IMG/VR virus record: IMGVR_UViG_3300027674_000003
Coordinates: 1-42,543 of that record
Strand: one strand, 5' to 3'
Origin: a virus
Length of the DNA: 42,543 bases
Of the stretch, positions 22,852-31,286 are shown in pieces (position 1 is the first letter of the stretch; each line of letters begins with the position of its first letter). The position numbers and the translations under genes were made by a program. A model generated the notes under the pieces. That model was not told the DNA's origin. It searched no databases and saw only the letters and a list, made by a program, of their open reading frames with translations.

Positions 22852-23702
22852 GGGGCCGCGTCCTCGGCAAAAGTCATTTGCGGGGTTACTCTTGCGGCGC
22901 GCTCATTCATCCAGACCACTTCGACGCGCTTCCGTGCTCCATCGGCTCGCCAAGGAATTTCAATTCGTCGCCAATCGGGGAAAAGTTCGCAGTCGTAGAG
23001 CGGCGAGGCGTAGCCGCTTAGAATCACCATCCCGCGCACTGCCCTGAGAATTTGGGCAAGTTTCCGGTGATCGTTGTCGGCCATGTCGCACGAATAAACC
23101 GCGTTGCCTCGCGCCATATTGCGAGTTCCCACCTGGTAGGGTGGATCGCAATAGAAAAGTGTTTCGGATGTGTCGTGCTGCGGAATGAGTTCGAGCGCGT
23201 CTTTGTTTTCGATGACCACGCCACGCAATCGCTCTGTGAATGATGCGATTGAATCTGGAAAGTTCATCCAATCATGCGCTGGCGTAGTGCCACTTCTGTT
23301 TGAATTGGAGCGGAAGCCGGTTGCGTAATCTCCATTTATCGCGGCTGATCCAAAGCCAGCGAATGAGCGAAGGATGCAAAGGCGAGCAGCTTCTATATCG
23401 GCTGGCCGTTGTACCCTGTGGCCAAAAGCGGAATTGAATTCACTTCGCGCGAAGGGCGTCAGTCTCAGTTGCTCTTTAAGCTGCTCAGCTATTTCAGGAT
23501 CGCGCAGGCATTGGAAGACGTTAACAACCGTGTCCCATTTGTCGTTGATGACTTCGGCGTAGGAGCGCGGCTTTTGCATGAGCACTGAAGCAGCTCCACA
23601 AAACGGTTCGACGTAGATTCGATGTCGCGGAAACAAACTAATCAAAACTCGCGCGAACAACCACTTGCCGCCGTGATACCGAAGTATAGGCCTGCCTTTC
23701 AC
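22848..23702 (-). CDS. dam: DNA N6-adenine methyltransferase, Dam/D12 class (284 aa)
   Basis: RYHGGKW at the N-terminus, EPFCGAASV (AdoMet loop) and YCDPPY (motif IV). GTG start overlaps the upstream stop (GTGA 23699..23702). Confidence 0.85.
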   Translation of the reverse strand: MKGRPILRYHGGKWLFARVLISLFPRHRIYVEPFCGAASVLMQKPRSYAEVINDKWDTVVNVFQCLRDPEIAEQLKEQLRLTPFARSEFNSAFGHRVQRPADIEAARLCILRSFAGFGSAAINGDYATGFRSNSNRSGTTPAHDWMNFPDSIASFTERLRGVVIENKDALELIPQHDTSETLFYCDPPYQVGTRNMARGNAVYSCDMADNDHRKLAQILRAVRGMVILSGYASPLYDCELFPDWRRIEIPWRADGARKRVEVVWMNERAARVTPQMTFAEDAAP

Positions 23703-25732
23703 GGCACCAGTGCCTTAATCGGTCGTGCGCTCACACTCAGCCGGTAGAGCGTGCTCGCCGTATTATCGTTCAGGAAGATTACGGCAAACCTAAACCAGTG
23801 GCCGAGGTTCGCTCCTGTCACGTCTTTGATGTTTCCCCGCGCCGCCGTCGGCTCGTTGCGATTGCCGGTCTGAAACGGATTGAGCGGCACGTCCACCATT
23901 GGGAGCTGCATGTCCGGGGATAGTACACCGAGCGCCTTGAGTTGGAAAGCGGTATAGGCGTCTTGCCGGTCGGTCACGAGATCGGCCCACATGGCCAGCT
24001 TCTCGACGTTCGCAATTGGCATTGGATGAAACATACTTCCGCCATGGTAGACCTTCAGCGCTGACCACGCGCTGCCCCACACGCCGTAATACCCCTTGCC
24101 CGCATCCAGAAAGCCATCGGGCCAGCGATAGACGTTCCCGAGCTGGTCGCCCATGAAGAGGTACATTTGATTCGCTACTTCAACGAGCGCCGCGGCGGTC
24201 ATGATGTCCGAAGGCCAGAAATCCGACTCCGCGATAATGTGTGTCGTGCCGTCTTCGAGCACGGTTGGAATCAGCGTTTGCGCCAGCACCTTTGGCAAAA
24301 ACGTCATGTCCCACACTTGAATCCAGTCGTAGGTTCCCGGCGGCGCTGCTCCCGTGTTCACCAGCAGCATGATCCACTCGTAGCGCCCGAAGGAATACCA
24401 CTTGAGGACCGCGTTTTTTAGCTGCGAGGCGGGAATGTCTTCCATGCTCATCGTCCCGGTGAGTTGCTTGGCAATGAGCATCGAAAGGTCCAGCGGAATG
24501 TTTACGCCGTCCCAGGCGTAGAGTTTTCTGTCCGCGCTCAGCCAAATAAGATGCGTTCTGCTGGTCGTCGCGGCTTGCTTTCCCACGGCTCCGGGTTCGG
24601 CTACCTTGTCCTTTTCCTCGAAGTTCGTTACATCGCTTCCCGAGAGCGAAAACCAGAATCTTTCCGTCGAAACGTAGAGCGACTGGTTCCAGACTTGGCC
24701 GTTCGTGAATTGGTGCTTGCCGCCGGGGATCTTGAAAAACAGGTATGGGGGCGCCGTCTCGGCCGGGACTCCCAGACTGATTTCGCTTCCGCCGCACGCC
24801 TGGATGATGTTGGGCTCGCCGTTCACGCGCAACAAGATCGGACGGCCGGCGTACTGCACGATGATTTCCGCCGGGGGAACCGGAAAGTTGAGAAGCGGCG
24901 CCAGTCGCGTCGGATCGAGAAATTGGTCGTTGAGCGTGTCCGTGAACGCGGGCGCGGCAATTGGCACTTCGCCCAAGAACTGAAAAACCGACGCTGAATT
25001 GTTTGGCGTGTCGTAGGTTGAAAAATACCAGATGTGCGTCACCTGGGCATCGACTCCCGCCGTGTTCAAGTTCAAAGCCACGCTGCCGTTCACGACGGGG
25101 CCGGTAAACAGCGAGATTGCGGACGCAAGTCCCACGCTGATTCGCGTGTCTCCCAGCGCGTCCGTGATTTTGGCCACGTAAGCGGCCATGTACTGACGGC
25201 CGAATTGCAAATTCAGGATTCCCGAGCCTTGCGAGACAACGAAGGTCGACGCGGCCACCGGAGGGCCGATTCCCCAGTTGAATTTCGTGAGGCTTCCGGC
25301 AACGTCAACCAAGCGGTAGGCCGCGAGTCCGTTCGATGTGTAGCAGGCGAAATCCAAACTGGAGAAGTCGAAAAGCGCGGTGAGGTCTTCGTAGGGCGGC
25401 GTTGACACGATGACGTTGTTTCCGAATGTAGGCCCTAAGACGTTCCCGGCAATTATAAATGACCTGTTCCCGGCGGGGGTGACAAGCTGACTGAGCAAAA
25501 ACTGGGCGTTATCGGAATCCCTTTGAAAATCGAACAGTTTGAGAACTTTTCCCGTGTTGTCGAAGTGTTCGACCAGCGTATAGCCCGGGCGCTTGGCTAC
25601 GGCTTTATCGCCTAGAAACACCACGTTGGACGCAAGCAAGCACTGCTCCGGAGACATTTCCGTGAGATTTTTGTTGCTGCATCTTCCGCCGAGGAAGTTG
25701 GAGAAGACTTGGACGTTGAGCCCTTGGATCAT
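23699..25732 (-). CDS. Large tail structural protein (677 aa), nozzle/tail-tubular-B-like by position
   Basis: Fourth gene after the capsid gene. Beta-rich composition, and its size fits a podovirus nozzle. No motif-level support. Confidence 0.4.
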   Translation of the reverse strand: MIQGLNVQVFSNFLGGRCSNKNLTEMSPEQCLLASNVVFLGDKAVAKRPGYTLVEHFDNTGKVLKLFDFQRDSDNAQFLLSQLVTPAGNRSFIIAGNVLGPTFGNNVIVSTPPYEDLTALFDFSSLDFACYTSNGLAAYRLVDVAGSLTKFNWGIGPPVAASTFVVSQGSGILNLQFGRQYMAAYVAKITDALGDTRISVGLASAISLFTGPVVNGSVALNLNTAGVDAQVTHIWYFSTYDTPNNSASVFQFLGEVPIAAPAFTDTLNDQFLDPTRLAPLLNFPVPPAEIIVQYAGRPILLRVNGEPNIIQACGGSEISLGVPAETAPPYLFFKIPGGKHQFTNGQVWNQSLYVSTERFWFSLSGSDVTNFEEKDKVAEPGAVGKQAATTSRTHLIWLSADRKLYAWDGVNIPLDLSMLIAKQLTGTMSMEDIPASQLKNAVLKWYSFGRYEWIMLLVNTGAAPPGTYDWIQVWDMTFLPKVLAQTLIPTVLEDGTTHIIAESDFWPSDIMTAAALVEVANQMYLFMGDQLGNVYRWPDGFLDAGKGYYGVWGSAWSALKVYHGGSMFHPMPIANVEKLAMWADLVTDRQDAYTAFQLKALGVLSPDMQLPMVDVPLNPFQTGNRNEPTAARGNIKDVTGANLGHWFRFAVIFLNDNTASTLYRLSVSARPIKALVP

Positions 25733-25734
25733 GG

Positions 25735-26754
25735 CTAATCGAGGTCTTGCAAGTACGTTTCCTGTCGGGTCGGCTGCTGGTTCTGCCGGTTGCGCACAAA
25801 GGTCAGGAATTCAGTGGTCTTCTGCATAGCCTGTTGCTCGTACTGCGGCGCGAGGTCGTCGCTGTTTCCTCTCAATAGCTCTGCCTTCGCAAAGTCCAGT
25901 TGCGCGCCGTGACCCTCGTCGGGAATTACGTTGTACGAATTGGCATTGTAGATGTCTACCCACTTCGCGGCGTAGATTATTTCCGTCTGCCTCTGGTCGG
26001 AGGGCGGCGGCGCAAGTCTCACTTTATAGGGGCCTTTGTCCTGCGTCGGCTGGCCGATTGGTGGGGGCCACGTTCCTGCGGCTGTCACACCGAGCGAAGT
26101 CTGCTGATTGAGGGGAAGTGTCGCCATCGGAAAGGGTGACACACGATAGCTCGAGCTGAATGCCACCGTCAGCCATGAGAAAACACCCGCGTTCGATACC
26201 ACAAGCTGCCAGGAAGTCGTGTTGCCCGCATCGTTCAAGTAAAACGGCACAATCGGCGGAAGCGCGGAGCCGAACATCGGCGTGCTGGTCGGAAGTCCCG
26301 CATCGTTGATGCCGAATTGCCAGTAGGTCCCGTTTGGCGCGAGACACACGATTGCCTGCGGCCCTGCGGCGCGCGGCAAGTACGGCCCGGCATAAACGAA
26401 GTCGGATTGCAGAAGATCAAGTGACAACACGATGGGCTCAAACTGGCGGTTGGTGAACAGATCGGTTCGCACGTCGGCAGGCTGAATCCGGCGGTAGTTC
26501 GTTTCCCCTGGAAGGCGTTCTCCAAAGCGGATCATCGTCGCCAGGTCCGGCGGGCAGGCGTACTCGTCTTGCCCGGGGACCGTCTGGATTGAAGTTGAAT
26601 CCCATTTGATGAAATAGTTCGAGAGTTCCTTGGCAATCCACAGGTACACGCGGCGCCCGCCCTCGTTGATGGCCGCAAACACATCGTCCGGCTGGTTCGT
26701 GTGGCTGTAGTAGCTGCCACGGTCGGCCAGCGCGAACATTTGAGCGAGGGTCAA
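25735..26754 (-). CDS. Tail/adaptor structural protein (339 aa), by position
   Basis: TTG start overlaps the upstream stop (TTGA 26751..26754). Sits between the capsid-proximal genes and the 677-aa gene. Confidence 0.4.
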   Translation of the reverse strand: MTLAQMFALADRGSYYSHTNQPDDVFAAINEGGRRVYLWIAKELSNYFIKWDSTSIQTVPGQDEYACPPDLATMIRFGERLPGETNYRRIQPADVRTDLFTNRQFEPIVLSLDLLQSDFVYAGPYLPRAAGPQAIVCLAPNGTYWQFGINDAGLPTSTPMFGSALPPIVPFYLNDAGNTTSWQLVVSNAGVFSWLTVAFSSSYRVSPFPMATLPLNQQTSLGVTAAGTWPPPIGQPTQDKGPYKVRLAPPPSDQRQTEIIYAAKWVDIYNANSYNVIPDEGHGAQLDFAKAELLRGNSDDLAPQYEQQAMQKTTEFLTFVRNRQNQQPTRQETYLQDLD

Positions 26755-27416
26755 GCGCGGGCTCCACGCCTTCGCTTTGGTCCTTGCGCTTCGCCGCCCA
26801 CGAGCACGGGTTCCGGTTGCGCTTCTGGTTTGTTCGCCTGTTGACCTTCGCGGAGGCTGCGATTCTCCGCTTCCAGCCGGTCAAGCCGCTGGGTCAGCGT
26901 TTCGACAAGGCTTGTCTGCTTCTGCGCTTCGCGGAGCATCGCTTCCGACGGATCGACCATGCCCAAAATCTTCAGGTAGCGCAGCGTCACGCCTGTTGCC
27001 GGCCGCGGCACGCCCGCAACTGAGCGGATCATCTCGCATTGCTCCATGAATTCCTTGACGCGCTCCTTTACGAACAGTGTCCACTTGCGTTTGCCTTTTT
27101 CCTCGGCCATTTGATCGTTCTGCGCGATGGGGATGCGGTCGTCCTGTTCCTCGTCGCCTTCCACTTGATAGTTGGCGTCCACCATGATGACGCCGCGCGC
27201 TCCGTAGTCGCGCATGATGTCGCGCTCGAAACTGAGGCGGATCGTCGCGCCTTGAATTTCGGTTTCCTCGGGAACCTCGAAGAAGGCTTCCCGGGGAGCA
27301 TCCAAGAGATAGTTGGCGATGCAGTGGATGTCGTGGCCGCCGGGGTCGGAATACCGGATTGTGGTTTGAATCCTGTCGCCTGCGTTGTAGAAGCGGATTT
27401 TGCGGTTGGGTATCAT
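26751..27416 (-). CDS. Hypothetical structural-module protein (221 aa)
   Basis: ATG at 27416 with a GGAG upstream. C-terminal coiled coil with a basic tail. Confidence 0.55.
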   Translation of the reverse strand: MIPNRKIRFYNAGDRIQTTIRYSDPGGHDIHCIANYLLDAPREAFFEVPEETEIQGATIRLSFERDIMRDYGARGVIMVDANYQVEGDEEQDDRIPIAQNDQMAEEKGKRKWTLFVKERVKEFMEQCEMIRSVAGVPRPATGVTLRYLKILGMVDPSEAMLREAQKQTSLVETLTQRLDRLEAENRSLREGQQANKPEAQPEPVLVGGEAQGPKRRRGARA

Positions 27417-27475
27417 CTGGTGTAGCTCCTTTTGCCTTCGCCGTCCTCGCCTGGGCGATTACGTGCGGGGCTTTC

Positions 27476-27943
27476 TCACCTGTTCGGCGTTCCGCAATTG
27501 TTGAGCATGTTGAACGCCCGGATCACTTGCGCGCGGCCGTCTCTGCTGCAATGCTTCACCGCTTCGGTCTGGTCGCGGTCGATCTTTTCCCTGGCTTTTC
27601 GCTCCAGCTCGTTTGCGTCCGCAAGGAATCGCCGCAAGTCGCCTGGGCCGTAGCCTGCCTTCGTGACGTCGCGGGCCTTGATCTTTTCAATGACCGCGCC
27701 GCCCAGAGGCATCATACACTTTTCCGCATCCTCGACAAGCAAGACATAGATCCTCTCGCAGAGGTGCGAGTGCTCGGCGGTGGGACTGTGATGATGGGTG
27801 CACTGCTCGATCGTGAAGCGCATCTTTCGGGAATTCCAGCGGACTAGCAACGTGGGATCGTACGCCTTGAGGTCGGATAGGAACTTCTCCGAGACTTTCG
27901 GCCCGGAGAAGTCGTCCGTTACAAGAGTAATTTGGTCGGCCAC
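27476..27943 (-). CDS. Hypothetical structural-module protein (155 aa)
   Basis: GTG start 3 nt after the capsid gene stop. Confidence 0.55.
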   Translation of the reverse strand: MADQITLVTDDFSGPKVSEKFLSDLKAYDPTLLVRWNSRKMRFTIEQCTHHHSPTAEHSHLCERIYVLLVEDAEKCMMPLGGAVIEKIKARDVTKAGYGPGDLRRFLADANELERKAREKIDRDQTEAVKHCSRDGRAQVIRAFNMLNNCGTPNR

Positions 27944-27946
27944 CGC

Positions 27947-29173
27947 CTACCTTTGATAAACTGCGGGAACAGCCAAAGATTGCAGGCGACCAATCTTGTT
28001 AGGGCGTGGAAACACGTAATTTCCGGCCTCGCGCATGTATGCCGTGTAGCTGGCAAACCCAGCATTCCACTTGAGCATGTGCCCGTCCATTTCTGACCAC
28101 GCGAGCGGCATGACTACGCCGTTCTGCACGGCTTCCTCGCGCAAGGCGAATATTTCGGCGGGCGAGCAATCCACGTCTTTGATGAAAGGCACGCCGTTGT
28201 AGTCCAGTTCGGTGAAACCGCGGTCGAGTTTGATCGTGTTCGTGTAGCGCTTGAGCGACTGCCCGAGGGCTACGTATCCGTCCCACTGCGGCTGACTTGC
28301 CACGTAGAAGCCCGGCGTCTCGCCGCATGCCTGCTCGATGAGTGATTGCAACTGTTGCAGGAAAGCCTCCGAGACTGCCGCGCCGCCGGCATCTACTACC
28401 GTTCCCTGAATTGTGGGGAAGGTGAGCCGCGAAAGTCCTTGGAACACTACGCCCGTCGAGTTGTCGGTCCCGAGTTGCAGTCCGACGTATTCCTTCTGCG
28501 CCGATAAGGCGCGCACTACCACGTCGCCCGCCGTGAGCGTAATTGGAGCGCTGACCGTGACTGTCTGTGTCGAGGGGACTACGGTCACAACCGACACGCC
28601 GCCTACCGGGGTGCGCTGCACCGCGAAAGTTGGGTCCCACACGTCGATCTGGTCGCCCTGCTGCAAATAGCGCGTGCCGAACTGCCCGAACGCCGTTCCC
28701 ACCTTGCCCACGAATGTCAGGCTGGCTACGGTGTTCGCGTTCACGAGCGTCAGCGTTCCCGATCCGTCGCCGTAGGTCATGATATTCATGTGCTTCAGAA
28801 TATCTTTCGGCATTTGGGTGATTTCGTCGTCCAGATGGTTGATGAAGGCTTGCTCGAGGGTGCGGGTGTTCTCTACGTCCTTTTCGAAAACTTTGATAAC
28901 GCCTTCGACCAGGCGGTCGTAGACGAGGAACTTCTTTTCCTGCTGGCGCTGCGGCACGGGGAGCGGATCGTCCGACAAACGCGCACCGACGCCGGCGCGG
29001 TTGCCGCCTACGCGGATCGACACTTCCAAGTGGTCGCCGCCCATGCGCGAGCCTTTGGCTTTGGTGAAACGCTTGCGGATAACTGCGGCAAGATTTTGCT
29101 GCTCCTCAATACCTGGTTGGTAGACGTTCTTTAGAAGTCCACCGATGCGTGTGATGGTATTAGCGTCTGCCAC
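27947..29173 (-). CDS. Major capsid protein (408 aa)
   Basis: Its size, its position directly after the scaffold-like gene, a very strong RBS (AAGGGGGGAAG) and a composition typical of HK97-fold coat proteins. GTG start at 29173. Confidence 0.65.
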   Translation of the reverse strand: MADANTITRIGGLLKNVYQPGIEEQQNLAAVIRKRFTKAKGSRMGGDHLEVSIRVGGNRAGVGARLSDDPLPVPQRQQEKKFLVYDRLVEGVIKVFEKDVENTRTLEQAFINHLDDEITQMPKDILKHMNIMTYGDGSGTLTLVNANTVASLTFVGKVGTAFGQFGTRYLQQGDQIDVWDPTFAVQRTPVGGVSVVTVVPSTQTVTVSAPITLTAGDVVVRALSAQKEYVGLQLGTDNSTGVVFQGLSRLTFPTIQGTVVDAGGAAVSEAFLQQLQSLIEQACGETPGFYVASQPQWDGYVALGQSLKRYTNTIKLDRGFTELDYNGVPFIKDVDCSPAEIFALREEAVQNGVVMPLAWSEMDGHMLKWNAGFASYTAYMREAGNYVFPRPNKIGRLQSLAVPAVYQR

Positions 29174-29270
29174 AGTCTTCCCCCCTTGTTACGTTGCGTA
29201 GGCAAGGGTAGACTGCGCTCGGATGCCACTGGAAAATTATTTAGGGGGGTGTGCTTAAAGAGTGAAACGG

Positions 29271-29519
29271 CTAGTTGGAATCTTTCCATCCCATCAACGG
29301 CTCGAATGTATCCATCCCGCAAACTCGAAATCCGCCTTCTACCTCGACTATCGCGTGTGTCGCAATGGCGTTGGAATCGGTGGACTCTTGAATCTTCATG
29401 CTTTTGCCTGGATTCTCTTTGTCATCGGTATAGAGAGTGTTGATGGTGGCAATTTGACCGGCAAGAATAGTACCCGGCAGGAATCGTACTTTTTCTCCGA
29501 CTTTTAGAAATCTTGGCAT
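29271..29519 (-). CDS. Hypothetical small protein between scaffold and capsid (82 aa)
   Basis: ATG at 29519, 3 nt after the scaffold stop. Confidence 0.55.
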   Translation of the reverse strand: MPRFLKVGEKVRFLPGTILAGQIATINTLYTDDKENPGKSMKIQESTDSNAIATHAIVEVEGGFRVCGMDTFEPLMGWKDSN

Positions 29520-29522
29520 CGC

Positions 29523-30644
29523 TTATTCGCGCAACGCTGCCCTAACAGCTTCCAGGCGGGCATCGTCGTCGTTGATGTCCACTTTCTTTTTTGGGGCTTC
29601 CTTGGGTGGGGTTCCGCCGCCGGCGGGGGCCGCGGCGCCTTTGAGGGTTTTCTCGCGCTCGGTTTTGTTCGCCGTGAGCTGCGCTTCCCAGCGCTTTTGC
29701 CGATCGACCATGCGATTGTTGTACTCGGTGAGTATCCGTTCGACTTCTCCAAACTTTCCGGCGCGGATGGCTGTAAGTTGTTTCTGATCGCCGCCGATTT
29801 GCGCGACTACGTGCGTCAGATAGTCGAGCGCGTCTTCGTCGGCTACTTTGTTTTCCTTGGCCCAGGCGTTCACGCGCTTTTCTACCGATTCGAAGTCCTT
29901 GGTCTTCTGCTCGGCTTCGCCCTTCTGCTGCGCGGCGGTTTGTGTCTCCGCTTCTTTGGCCCTTCTGTCGCGCGATTCTTTCGAGAGATCGAAAATCTTT
30001 TTGTTCTCGGGCTTGGTGAGGTCCGAATACATCTCCGTGGTAATGCCCTTTTCTTTCGCGTAAAGCAAGATGCCCGCGACCACTTGCTTGATTTGATCTT
30101 CGCCGAAGTTTTGCGCGGCCAGGTCCAAAAGCGCGGCAGGCGATTCCTTGAGGTTGATGATGTCGTAGAGCATGTAGGCGTCTGCAACGACCGCCTTCAT
30201 TGTTTCGGCGTCCTTGATCGCATAATCGCCCAAACTCTTGACTTCGTTGAGCGCTTCCGACATTCCAAGTTTGAATTGGGCAAGCTGCTCAAATTCGCCC
30301 ATGATGCCCTTGAAAGTGGCATCGTTCGCATAAGGAAGCTTTTCGATCTCTTCCTTGGTTTTTACGGCCACGTCGGAGATTTTGAATTTGGCTTCTTCGC
30401 CGACTTTGAAGGCGCCCGCTGGTTCGGCCGGCTTGGCCTCTGGCGGCTTTGCGGCCCCGTCTGGCTTCGCTTCTCCGGGCTTGGCAGCCTCTGCCCCCGG
30501 CTTTGCCGGTATGGCGGCTGGCGAGTCTGCGGCGGCGGCCGGTGGTGCCTCTGGCGATGGTTCCGGCTTGGAAAGTTCGGTTAGAACTGTGTCGAGGGAA
30601 GTCTTCTCAAAAGGTTCAGGCTGCTGGATGGGTTCGTCTGCCAT
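29523..30644 (-). CDS. Scaffolding protein (373 aa)
   Basis: Acidic, Ala/Pro/Lys/Glu-rich N-terminal repeats (AKP/EAKP) followed by a long helical region. Located between portal and capsid. Confidence 0.55.
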   Translation of the reverse strand: MADEPIQQPEPFEKTSLDTVLTELSKPEPSPEAPPAAAADSPAAIPAKPGAEAAKPGEAKPDGAAKPPEAKPAEPAGAFKVGEEAKFKISDVAVKTKEEIEKLPYANDATFKGIMGEFEQLAQFKLGMSEALNEVKSLGDYAIKDAETMKAVVADAYMLYDIINLKESPAALLDLAAQNFGEDQIKQVVAGILLYAKEKGITTEMYSDLTKPENKKIFDLSKESRDRRAKEAETQTAAQQKGEAEQKTKDFESVEKRVNAWAKENKVADEDALDYLTHVVAQIGGDQKQLTAIRAGKFGEVERILTEYNNRMVDRQKRWEAQLTANKTEREKTLKGAAAPAGGGTPPKEAPKKKVDINDDDARLEAVRAALRE

Positions 30645-30785
30645 GATTTCTTCTTTCTGCGTCGGCCGTCACCGCCGAGGCGGTTACGCGCTGCGCTTTA
30701 AATTTGGTGGGCCGATGCCGTCTACACGGCTTACCCTTCATCGGCCCTGCCACCCGTACGGGGTCGCCTTCATCGTGGGTGGTAT
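30645..30785 (-). promoter_or_regulatory. Highly structured 141-nt spacer upstream of the scaffold gene
   Basis: 10-bp palindrome CCCGTACGGG (30753..30762). Nested hairpin with ggccgat/atcggcc (30710..30716 / 30740..30746) enclosing gccgt/acggc. A further accgcc-ga-ggcggt hairpin at 30671..30684. Confidence 0.45.
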
Positions 30786-31286
30786 TCAGTCCGGGAACTG
30801 GCTATTCGGCCTTGGTCCCCGATAATCGTGATCTTTCAAGATGAATCTGCCCGTCGAATCCGTCTTCGGATCGCCCGTCGGCAATTGCGCGTGAATTTCA
30901 GGGTTGAACGGTTCGCCGTGGCGGCTGACCGGCTGTTCCGCTCGTGGCCCTGCTTGCGGTTGCCGTACTTGCGGTGCTGCGCCGAGTGTTGGCGGTCGCT
31001 GCTGCGAATCGTCGTGAGCCTTCGCGGCGAGAATCGTGTCCACGCCCTTTTCCTGCACGATTTCGATTGCCATGTCGTGACTGTAGCCCTTCGCTTCGAC
31101 ATAAGCGATTGCGGCATCCGTGTCAGGTCCGGGAGTCAGGTCCGGTTTCTGTGGCGCGGTTTTCGTCAGGTCGCCGAGAACGGCGTCGTGCGCGGCCTTT
31201 GCTGGCGCTGCCGCTTGGCCTGCACCGATGCCTGTCTTTAACGCGTCAAGCTCGGATTTGGCTGGAAGGTTCGATTGGTCGGTCAT
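30786..31286 (-). CDS. Hypothetical protein after portal (166 aa)
   Basis: ATGA overlap with the portal stop (31283..31286). Ala/Pro/Gln-rich. Confidence 0.55.
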   Translation of the reverse strand: MTDQSNLPAKSELDALKTGIGAGQAAAPAKAAHDAVLGDLTKTAPQKPDLTPGPDTDAAIAYVEAKGYSHDMAIEIVQEKGVDTILAAKAHDDSQQRPPTLGAAPQVRQPQAGPRAEQPVSRHGEPFNPEIHAQLPTGDPKTDSTGRFILKDHDYRGPRPNSQFPD

